Positions 9,124-16,991 of a DNA stretch of 64,000 nucleotides are shown here, piece by piece. Location of the stretch: the IMG/VR virus record IMGVR_UViG_3300027833_000013, positions 64,001-128,000 of that record. The stretch is one strand, 5' to 3'. This DNA is from a virus. The position numbers were made by a program, and so were the translations under genes. Each line of letters opens with the position of its first letter. The first letter of the stretch is position 1. A model generated the notes under the pieces. It had not been told where the DNA came from, did not search any database, and saw only the letters and a list, made by a program, of their open reading frames with translations.

Positions 9124-11622
9124 TTAGAAGCTACCTGAAGCTTCTCTAAAGCCTGTTCTATTGATAGTATTAGTTAATCTTGTAACTTCTATTAGTGTAT
9201 CTAGCTTAGTATTTAGTAGGGTTAGCTGATCTGAGCTACCTGTTCCGGCAGTGCCAGCAGTGCCGCTAGGCATTGTTGTATTACCTGCGTTATTGCCATT
9301 AGTGAACGGTAACCAACTGTTATCCTTAGTTAGCTCGTCGTTTATTTTTTCAAAAGAGTTACCAAGGCGTTCCATTTGATCGGCATATAATCTTAAACTA
9401 CTAACGTCTAAATCGTCACCAAATTTTGACAACGCTTCTAATGCAGTTCCGCTTAATTTTACATTCTCAATAGCTGTTGCATCAATGTTTTTAAACTTAT
9501 TAAGTCCTTCGACAATTTTATCAAAAGGTGAGTCAGCGCCAAAGAAACTAGTAATACTTTCTAGTACTCCGCCAGCAGTTAGTGATATTAGTGCAGGTCC
9601 TAGTAATCCTAATGATGTAGCAATTTCTGCAAAGTTTGTGGCTCCCTTCATGTTAGCCATTTTTTCAACACCTGCGGCAATCTTTTCAACGCCGTCTCCG
9701 GCTAAGTTAATGCCGTTTCCTGCAAGTGTTATTGCGGCGCCAGTACCAATAAGCATAGCTGTAAATACTGCGGCACCAATTGCTACTGGTCCGTTTGCAA
9801 ACATTCTAAACACTGAAGTAAGTGCTCTAAATCCTAGCGTAATAAGCCCACCGGCTGCAAGCAATCCGCCCAATGATGTTAATCCAGCTAAAAGAGCTGG
9901 GCCTGCAAGCATGCCTAAGAATTCACTTAACGCACCGCCTTCACGTTCGCCTGTTGCTTGTTGATCATGATCCGGTCCTTCCATTGCTCTTTTACCAAAT
10001 ATAACATCTTTAGCTAAGTTCATCAGTCCTGACATAGCTGTTGATATATGTGGAGATATTAGCTCACCAAGTTTACTTAATCCTGTTGATAGGTAGCCTC
10101 CTATAGTTTCCATTAAGTTACCTTCTTTAAAAGATTTAAGTAAATCACTCATCACAGTTGATATTCCTTCAACTACTGCATTTAGTCCGCCAGGACCATC
10201 ATCAGTAACAACACCATTAAATGCTGTTGTTAACGAACTCATCGCTGCCTGTACTGTATCAAAGACACCTGATGTAATTAATGCATCAGTAATACTATTT
10301 CTTAACTTAGTTACAGTGTTACTAAACAATAATGACTGTCTTGACCTTTCAGCTTCTTTATCAGCTTCTAGTGCTTTTGCCGCAATTTCTGCTTCTGTTA
10401 GTGCTACAACTGTGTTGCCTAACCCTAATAGTCTTGATTGTGTTTGGGCAAATACATCGCCATCAGCGGCCATTGCCGCAAGTACTAACTTTTCCGCATC
10501 AGTCTTGTTAATCATTACCTGCCTAGCTTTTTCCATTTCTATCGCCATTTGTTCCGCGGCTCCAGGAACTCCATCATGCAGGGCTTTGGCTGCGGCTGCG
10601 ATACCTGGGTTTAGATTTAGTAGGGCATTACCTGCTTCAGTATAAGGTATACCACCAGTAGCAATCATTTCTGTAACTGCTTCGCCAAGTTCCGCATCTC
10701 TTGATGTTAACATTGCTACTGTACTTTTAATTGCTAGTTGGGCTTGGGAACTCATTGTAGACATCACTAAAGCAAGCCTATCATCTCGAGCGGCGGCGTC
10801 CATCTGATCTTGTACTTCTTGTCTTGACTTGCCTGTAATTTTTGCAAGTTTGTCAATTTCTTTAATGTACGCCTGGGCAGATGCCGCGCCTGCCGCAGAT
10901 GTTAGCCCTTGAGTTCGTCCTAATCGTTGCTGTTGCCTCATGTAGCCAGCTGTAAATTCACCAACTTCTTCCATTTGCATACCCATAAGCAAAAATTGAT
11001 TAGCACTTTGAGATACTTGACTTTGCAATGCTACAAACATTTTAGCACCGTTACCAGCAGTGCCTCCTAGTTTTGCAAGGCCTTCACTATTGTTAGATAA
11101 GACAGTTTGGAAAGATTCAAAACTCATTCCGGTTTTTGTGGCTTGAAGTTTTGCTTCAAACAGAGAACCACCTAGGTCGATACCTACATTAGATAACTCT
11201 CTAAACGCATCAATTTGATTATCTAATACACTTACTAATAATTGGCCTACTCCGCCTATTACACCGCCAAATATAGGAATTGCACTTAGTGCGCCTGTTA
11301 TATGTTGTGTAAAGTCACTAAGTTTATCACCACCAAGCAATGCTTCACTTGCTAGGCCTTTTACCGCACCTGTAATCTGTGAAAAGCCTCTAGATAGTGC
11401 ATTGCCAGAACTATTTGCCGCTTCTTCTAATTCTTCTAATTCTTTAGTAGTTTTACCTGACTGTTTGGCTAATTCGTGTAAGTTGCCCGCGGCTTTGTTA
11501 TTGCCGCCTGAGGCACCTTTCCCTTCCATTACTTTTAATAATCGAACTAGTGTTGCTTCGGAGGCAGCGTTATTTAATTCTACTTCTTCTTGCCCAATCG
11601 TACCTGTTACTTTTTCAGCCAT
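9124..11622 (-). CDS. Tape-measure-like protein (probable start 11622, MAEKVTG)
   Basis: Long helical A/G-rich protein with a hydrophobic, TM-like block (LLAGLTSLGGLLAAGGLITLG...). Start revised because 11733 overlaps the divergent gene, and a TATAAATA plus RBS precede 11622. Confidence 0.6.
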   Translation of the reverse strand: MAEKVTGTIGQEEVELNNAASEATLVRLLKVMEGKGASGGNNKAAGNLHELAKQSGKTTKELEELEEAANSSGNALSRGFSQITGAVKGLASEALLGGDKLSDFTQHITGALSAIPIFGGVIGGVGQLLVSVLDNQIDAFRELSNVGIDLGGSLFEAKLQATKTGMSFESFQTVLSNNSEGLAKLGGTAGNGAKMFVALQSQVSQSANQFLLMGMQMEEVGEFTAGYMRQQQRLGRTQGLTSAAGAASAQAYIKEIDKLAKITGKSRQEVQDQMDAAARDDRLALVMSTMSSQAQLAIKSTVAMLTSRDAELGEAVTEMIATGGIPYTEAGNALLNLNPGIAAAAKALHDGVPGAAEQMAIEMEKARQVMINKTDAEKLVLAAMAADGDVFAQTQSRLLGLGNTVVALTEAEIAAKALEADKEAERSRQSLLFSNTVTKLRNSITDALITSGVFDTVQAAMSSLTTAFNGVVTDDGPGGLNAVVEGISTVMSDLLKSFKEGNLMETIGGYLSTGLSKLGELISPHISTAMSGLMNLAKDVIFGKRAMEGPDHDQQATGEREGGALSEFLGMLAGPALLAGLTSLGGLLAAGGLITLGFRALTSVFRMFANGPVAIGAAVFTAMLIGTGAAITLAGNGINLAGDGVEKIAAGVEKMANMKGATNFAEIATSLGLLGPALISLTAGGVLESITSFFGADSPFDKIVEGLNKFKNIDATAIENVKLSGTALEALSKFGDDLDVSSLRLYADQMERLGNSFEKINDELTKDNSWLPFTNGNNAGNTTMPSGTAGTAGTGSSDQLTLLNTKLDTLIEVTRLTNTINRTGFREASGSF

Positions 11623-11649
11623 ATATTTCGGTTTCCTATTAAGTACGCA

Positions 11650-11689
11650 TATAAATATAAGAGATACATACTTGTATAATGTATTTATA
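11650..11689. promoter_or_regulatory. Pair of oppositely oriented late promoters
   Basis: TATAAATA on + at 11650-11657 and on - at 11682-11689. Confidence 0.7.
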
Positions 11690-11700
11690 CGGAGAATGAA

Positions 11701-12591
11701 ATGACAGAATTTAACGATTCGGGTATGACCCAAATGACAGCGCCGGGTGCTAACCCTTTAAAGAAATATTTTAGACAACCAAAGTTATATATTACGTTGC
11801 CTAGCAAAGGAAAATGGTATCCTAGCGGTACAATAGAAATGTTAGAAAATGGTGACTTAGCGGTCTTTGCTATGACCGCTAAAGACGAACTAACTTTAAA
11901 AACTCCTGATGCATTACTTAACGGCCAAGCAACTGTTGAGATAATACAAAGTTGTGTGCCCGGTATTAAAAATGCTTGGGCTGTTCCAAGCATTGACATT
12001 GATGCTTTGCTAATCGCTATACGTATTGCTACATATGGCGAAAATATGGATATCACAGTAACTCCGCCAGGATCTGAAGAAGAGAAATCATTTGCACTGA
12101 ATCTCAGAGAACTATTAGACACTATGGGACAATTTGATTTTGAGGAAGACGTTCCGTCGTTAGGAGAATTCCAAGTTAAGATTAGACCAGTAACTTATAA
12201 AGAGTTTACATCGGCATCATTAACTACATTTGAAGAAGAAAGAATGTTTAGAATTGTTAATGATGGTGAGATGGAGCAAGAAGAAAAGCTATCTCAATTC
12301 GGAAAAACGTTTAATAAAATTAGAGATCTAACTGTTGGTATGATTACAGATAGCATTGTATCAATTGCAGTTGACGATATGATTGTAACTGATAGGATGC
12401 ATATTACTGATTTCATTAGTAATGCAGACAAAGCGGTGTTTGATACCATTACTACACACATCGATAATGAAAAAAAGAAACATGCTATTAAGCCATTAAA
12501 AGTACAGTCAGAGCCTGAGGACATTGCAAATGGTGCTCCAGAAACTTACACAGTTCCAATTGCATTTGATCAATCAAATTTTTTCGCCTAA
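11701..12591 (+). CDS. gp26: Baseplate hub assembly / tail chaperone protein (T4 gp26-like)
   Basis: YITLPSKG, MTAKDE..L, DIDALLIAIRIATYGE resemble the gp26 family. Confidence 0.65.
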   Translation: MTEFNDSGMTQMTAPGANPLKKYFRQPKLYITLPSKGKWYPSGTIEMLENGDLAVFAMTAKDELTLKTPDALLNGQATVEIIQSCVPGIKNAWAVPSIDIDALLIAIRIATYGENMDITVTPPGSEEEKSFALNLRELLDTMGQFDFEEDVPSLGEFQVKIRPVTYKEFTSASLTTFEEERMFRIVNDGEMEQEEKLSQFGKTFNKIRDLTVGMITDSIVSIAVDDMIVTDRMHITDFISNADKAVFDTITTHIDNEKKKHAIKPLKVQSEPEDIANGAPETYTVPIAFDQSNFFA

Positions 12592-12622
12592 GGATCGTCG
12601 ACTGGCCAGTTGATCGAATCCT
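12576..12622 (+). promoter_or_regulatory. Programmed -1 ribosomal frameshift signal
   Basis: In-frame A AAT TTT TTC (two overlapping X XXY YYZ heptamers, 12576-12585) followed, after a 5-nt spacer, by a 13-bp hairpin at 12591-12622. Confidence 0.75.
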
Positions 12623-12815
12623 AGAAGAAATTAGAGATTTAGAAGGCCAAGCAAAAGAGTTTCGTCATACAATATTAAAGATAATGTGGTATATGCGAGG
12701 TAGTATTTCAATGGACGAAGCGTTTATGCTTTCAACTGAAGATCGAGAAATTATTAACGACATAATTAAATCTAATTATGAAGATACTAAGAAGTCTGGA
12801 ATGCCTCTAATTTAA
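12579..12815 (+). CDS. -1 frame extension of the gp26-like gene (gp51/gpGT-like C-terminal domain); missing from ORF track
   Basis: Open frame FFRLRIVDWPVDRILEEIRDLEGQAKEFRHTILKIMWYMRGSISMDEAF...GMPLI*. The first ATG is only at 12684, and the frame opens at 12570 just before the slippery site. Confidence 0.7.
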   Translation, partial: FFRLRIVDWPVDRILEEIRDLEGQAKEFRHTILKIMWYMRGSISMDEAFMLSTEDREIINDIIKSNYEDTKKSGMPLI

Positions 12816-13426
12816 CTAGTTGCTGGTCCAACTGTTGGTGCTTTAGTACCCGATAACTGTGCTTTAATCTGATCTGCAATGCCAGATTTTTTAATTTCAT
12901 CTGCAATGCCGCCTATCATCTTAGTAGTTAGTGCGGCGCCAACAGCCCTAGGTGCCATTTTAGCAGTAGAATTATTTACCCATTGAGCACCTGCCCAAAC
13001 ATAAGTTTCACCGTCGTCGCCAGTTTCTAATTGCCCAGCACCTTTAGCTACTTTAATTTTTGGATTGGGCTTAGTGTTATTTTGTGTTTGGCCGTATTTA
13101 CTAAGTTTTTCATCTTTGTTTAGGTCTTTAAAGTTTTCACTACCTTCTGCACGTTTGATAAGTTTTTCAAGTTGTTGCACCATTACTGGATCGGACATTA
13201 TAGCTTCTAATCCCTTTGCAAAGGGTGCAATTTGTTTTGCTAAGTTAGCAGGTAATGCTTCGCCTTTAGAAACTTTATCCATTGCCTTACTCATTGTGCC
13301 TCCAGACCCTTTACCGCCTAACTTTTGTGCCATGCGTTTAGCACCTTGTGCAACTTTTTTTAGTTTGTCGTTAGGTGCTTCATTAAGAGTTTGTAATTCT
13401 AAATTAGTAATATCATTGACGTTCAT
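12812..13426 (-). CDS. Basic hypothetical protein, candidate internal head protein
   Basis: K/A/G-rich; N-terminus MNVNDI...LNE|AP resembles a protease-cleavable capsid-targeting leader. Confidence 0.55.
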   Translation of the reverse strand: MNVNDITNLELQTLNEAPNDKLKKVAQGAKRMAQKLGGKGSGGTMSKAMDKVSKGEALPANLAKQIAPFAKGLEAIMSDPVMVQQLEKLIKRAEGSENFKDLNKDEKLSKYGQTQNNTKPNPKIKVAKGAGQLETGDDGETYVWAGAQWVNNSTAKMAPRAVGAALTTKMIGGIADEIKKSGIADQIKAQLSGTKAPTVGPATS

Positions 13427-14007
13427 TATAACATCCCCGCTAGTGCTTTTTTATGCGCAACAGATAAGTTATTAATTTTATTTTGAAGCTCTGCAGGAAT
13501 TTTGGCAGGCTTTCCTGTTGCATTTGCTTTTGTTCCCGGACCGTTATTAGTAGTTCCGGGCTTTGTGCCTTTACCAACAGTCGACTTCATTCCTGTTTTA
13601 GCTTGCGCTTTGTTTAGTATTCCTGCTTTAGGATCTGCTTGAGTAGGTGCCGCTGCCGCATTGCCGCCAGTAAGTTTATTACGTGCCGCTTGCTTTAATA
13701 CGTCCATTACAGTTTTCTTATCTATAATTCCTTTAGGTAGCTGAACTCCGCCAGCAGATAAATTATTTTGTTTCATAAACGCGGCAAAATCAGTATCGGA
13801 CATATTTTTATCATTCTTGCCATTAATACCTTGCCATGTTTTTAATGTCTTGTATAATGCGTTTGCTTCTTTACCCATTTGGGCACTTCCTGCCATACGT
13901 TCAGCACCAGGCAATTTACCAACAGCGCCTTTAACTGCATTACCAATGCCACTAGTAGGAGCTTCGCTAATTTTTTTATCTTCATTTAAAATATCATAAA
14001 CGTTCAT
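13426..14007 (-). CDS. Basic hypothetical protein, candidate internal head protein
   Basis: N-terminus MNVYDILNE...ISE|AP is similar to its neighbour; AAGGA RBS; late promoter TAAATA at 14037-14042. Confidence 0.55.
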   Translation of the reverse strand: MNVYDILNEDKKISEAPTSGIGNAVKGAVGKLPGAERMAGSAQMGKEANALYKTLKTWQGINGKNDKNMSDTDFAAFMKQNNLSAGGVQLPKGIIDKKTVMDVLKQAARNKLTGGNAAAAPTQADPKAGILNKAQAKTGMKSTVGKGTKPGTTNNGPGTKANATGKPAKIPAELQNKINNLSVAHKKALAGML

Positions 14008-14041
14008 GAGTAGTCCTTAATAATATACTATAAGTGTATTT

Positions 14042-14566
14042 AGTAGTTAGTGTATTAACTTCGTTAATACAAGTTATCGCTAACGCTCAAACTACTTACA
14101 CTTCGTTTTGATTAAATAATTTATAAATGAATTATAATTGCATTATTACGAATGTAATAATGTTTAAGTTTCATGTAGATTGTTTTAGTCAGACGGAACC
14201 TGTTTAAGGGTTCCATCTAATCTTGAGCTTCATGTGAGTCCGTCACAGCCGAGACATTGGAAGTAGGTAATTGTTTATACACAAAGTACAATGGGCTCTG
14301 ACCTTTCCCAACCTACGTCGACATTATGTTGCTTATAATATACAATGTACATTATATGTAACAATATTCCCTCGCTTCGTTCCTATTGCTAAAGAGTTTT
14401 TATGTACTGTGTTTGTGTTTTTCGACTGCCAACAATGCAATCTATATCAACCAGTGAGCCCAATTTGTTTGGTGGCTTCCTCCCTCTGGGGAGTCGATCA
14501 ATATGTACGTGTGCTTCTATACGAGAGCTTTTTCCACAGCGGTATTTCTAATCTGGCCCGCTAACC
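14042..14566 (-). ncRNA. Candidate large structured non-coding RNA / structured element
   Basis: ORF-poor gap of about 525 bp in a gene-dense genome. It has many hairpins, including a 12-bp stem at 14189-14220 whose mismatches are G-U pairs only on the minus strand, and several crossing long-range complementarities. Confidence 0.6.
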
Positions 14567-15001
14567 TTATGTGTTGGAATGTTTTGCCTGTAAATGTTCT
14601 TTAAGAATTTTTGATCCGCCAACTCTAACATTTATGATACCGTTGTAGTATTCATCTGTTTCAAGTACTCTGCGTTCAAACTGCTCTCGTGCCTCTAAGT
14701 AACTTGCTATGCCTCTGCTAGGACAAATATGAATAATTTCTCTTATGAAATGTTCTTCGCCTAACTCTAAAACGTCTGCATTAAGTCTATCACTGGAACC
14801 GTAATAAGTTTGCCAGTCACTTTCTTTAGTACTACGTCTTTTGTTTTTCTTGCCTTTGAGTGGTTTCTTTGTTACTTTGAATTTTGCTAGTTTTTTGCCT
14901 ACGTATTTCATGCCATTGACTTTGTTTGTTATCAAGTAAACAAATGCTTCACAACCTTCTGGTAGTTCGTCTATTGTTTCGCCTTGATAAGTCCATTGCA
15001 T
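14567..15001 (-). CDS. Stand-alone GIY-YIG endonuclease (EndoII/Seg-like catalytic domain only)
   Basis: FVYLITN...KYVGKK, YYGSS, conserved E (YLEARE) and YYN motifs; 144 aa, no C-terminal NUMOD/HTH domain. Confidence 0.85.
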   Translation of the reverse strand: MQWTYQGETIDELPEGCEAFVYLITNKVNGMKYVGKKLAKFKVTKKPLKGKKNKRRSTKESDWQTYYGSSDRLNADVLELGEEHFIREIIHICPSRGIASYLEAREQFERRVLETDEYYNGIINVRVGGSKILKEHLQAKHSNT

Positions 15002-15015
15002 ACAGATACTTACCG

Positions 15016-15222
15016 CTATTTGCCTTTTTCTGCCGCCTTTTTGGCTTTATACTTATCGTTGATCTCATCGCCTCTTATTTTAGCATGTTTTCTTATTTCT
15101 CTCAACCACTTTCTGCTTTCAGCATGTGTTCTATGAGACTCACGAGCTTCAAACTTTTCGTTCGCAGTAAAATAAGATAGATATGCCTTTACAAGCATGT
15201 CATGTGCATCATCTTCGATCAT
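15016..15222 (-). CDS. Small basic helical protein
   Basis: ATGA overlap with the gp46 stop; K/R-rich. Confidence 0.65.
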   Translation of the reverse strand: MIEDDAHDMLVKAYLSYFTANEKFEARESHRTHAESRKWLREIRKHAKIRGDEINDKYKAKKAAEKGK

Positions 15223-16991
15223 TCTATAATCTCAATATCATTTTCATATGATGTAAATCCGTTTTCCTTAACAACTTTCATTACGTTATTAACTCTTCCA
15301 ATAAGCTCATCCTTGTGAGAGATAAGAAATACATTCTTTTCGCCTTCTCTAGCCATCTTCTTAAGGACACCTAACGAATTTTCAACACCAGCAGTGTCCA
15401 TACCACTATCAATAAGTTCATCAATAAATAATAAGTTAATCTTTTGATATAAACTTTCCCAAACGTCACGGAATGCAAAACTCATACCTAAGATAAGTCT
15501 GTTACGTTCTCCGCGTGACAAGTTATCAAAGTCTAAGTCTTGACCTAACTGAGTAATTTCAACATTTAAGTCATTTAAGAATACTACTTGATGTGGTAAG
15601 CCGAGTTTGTCAAGATACATTGAAAGTCTATTGTTAAGATACATCAAGTTCTGATCAATAATCTTTTTACGGATAAAACTATCTTTATTAGTAAGAAGTT
15701 TTAATAAGAAGTCTTGGTGTTCTTTAAAACTAGTAAGCTCGTTTACTATATTCCAGTTAATCTCTTGCATTGCACTATTGTTTAATTCATCAATTTGTGC
15801 TTGATAAGGGTCTAATTCTTGTTCTTTACTATTTAATGCTTGCTTTAAGCTATCTACGTTAGTCCTATGGTCGTATGCTTCTTTAGCAGTATCATAAAAT
15901 GTAGTAGGCTTACCGTTAATATCACCGATATCACCGAGCCCTTTTGTAACATCGTTTACTTTAATAGTAATCTCAGACTGATACGCAATAGCATCAACAA
16001 GTTCTTTAGATTTACGTTCTGCAATCTCTGCCTTTTTGTCTGCATGTAGCTCTTGACCACATGTATAACATGTTGCATCGTCTAGTTCTGCAATGTCTTT
16101 ATTTGCCTTTTCAACAGTCTTGTCGGCACGTACTAATGCTGGTTCTAATGTACTTAATTCTTTTTTAAGAGCCAAAATAGCATTGTTATGCTGTGTCCAA
16201 TTAGACAACTTTTCATGCGACTCTAGTTCAGTGTTAATATCTAAGTGTTCTAGTTGATCGATGCCTAATTGTAGTTTTTTTACGTCTTGTTCATTTTTAG
16301 AAAGCCATGCACGTTGTGTACTTTGTAAACTCTCAATAGTTCCGCCGATCTTTTCATTAGCACTTTGGATAGCATTAATTTTTAATGTTTCTTCTTGGAT
16401 AGCATCTTTAGTTTTCTTAGTTTGTTCTTTAAGTGTATCGGCTTTTTCACTAAGGATGGTAATACCAAGTAGTTGTTCAATAATTGCACGTTGGTCGTTC
16501 TGCCGCATACTTAAAAATGGTTCAGTATAGGTGTTTAGTGCAAGTATATGCTTAAACATATCGTGACTCATGTCAAGCAAGTCGTTAATAAACTCCTGAG
16601 TCTTGCGACTGTCACCTTGTGACTCGTCTGTCATCTCTTGTTCGTGCTCATCAACATAAAACTTTAGTACATTAGGTGAACGTCCGCGCTCGATACGATA
16701 GTCAACATTGTTTTTTTCAAAATGCAGTGTAACAAGCATGCCTTTTGAGTTTGTTTTGTTGATTAAGTTGTTTTTCTTAATGTTAGTAAGTGCAGTACCG
16801 TACAATGCATAAGACAATGCATTAATGATAGTAGTTTTACCAGTACCGTTACGTGATCCACTATCGTCGCCTCCTTGATCTAAGTTTTCGCCTAGAACTA
16901 GTGTTAGGTTGTCTTTGTCAAAGTCTACGGCTTGGGTCTGATTGCCTACACTCATAAAGTTACGTACTGTAAGGTCTTTAATTTTTATCAT
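15219..16991 (-). CDS. gp46: Recombination endonuclease ATPase subunit (gp46 / SbcC / Rad50-like)
   Basis: Walker A NGTGKTT, coiled coil with CYTC zinc hook, LSRGE signature, Walker B LFIDE, ISH. Confidence 0.93.
   Translation of the reverse strand: MIKIKDLTVRNFMSVGNQTQAVDFDKDNLTLVLGENLDQGGDDSGSRNGTGKTTIINALSYALYGTALTNIKKNNLINKTNSKGMLVTLHFEKNNVDYRIERGRSPNVLKFYVDEHEQEMTDESQGDSRKTQEFINDLLDMSHDMFKHILALNTYTEPFLSMRQNDQRAIIEQLLGITILSEKADTLKEQTKKTKDAIQEETLKINAIQSANEKIGGTIESLQSTQRAWLSKNEQDVKKLQLGIDQLEHLDINTELESHEKLSNWTQHNNAILALKKELSTLEPALVRADKTVEKANKDIAELDDATCYTCGQELHADKKAEIAERKSKELVDAIAYQSEITIKVNDVTKGLGDIGDINGKPTTFYDTAKEAYDHRTNVDSLKQALNSKEQELDPYQAQIDELNNSAMQEINWNIVNELTSFKEHQDFLLKLLTNKDSFIRKKIIDQNLMYLNNRLSMYLDKLGLPHQVVFLNDLNVEITQLGQDLDFDNLSRGERNRLILGMSFAFRDVWESLYQKINLLFIDELIDSGMDTAGVENSLGVLKKMAREGEKNVFLISHKDELIGRVNNVMKVVKENGFTSYENDIEIIE

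Noticed and set aside
11623-11733. N-terminal extension of the tape-measure-like ORF to 11733
   Set aside because: It overlaps the divergent gene start and spans both late promoters; ATG 11622 has a better context.
14271-14564. 97-aa plus-strand ORF in the structured gap
   Set aside because: TTG start, no RBS, atypical Cys/aromatic-rich composition; opposite to the strand favoured by G-U pairing.
14008-15015. Group I intron containing a GIY-YIG homing endonuclease
   Set aside because: Both flanking genes are intact with their own stop, promoter and RBS, so no interrupted exon is visible. The R-like (GACTA) and S-like (GATATAG) words occur in the wrong order. It is not formally excluded without cmscan.
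15016-15222. Histone H1-like (Hc1) assignment for the 68-aa basic protein
   Set aside because: Only a vague compositional resemblance; it cannot be supported without a profile search.
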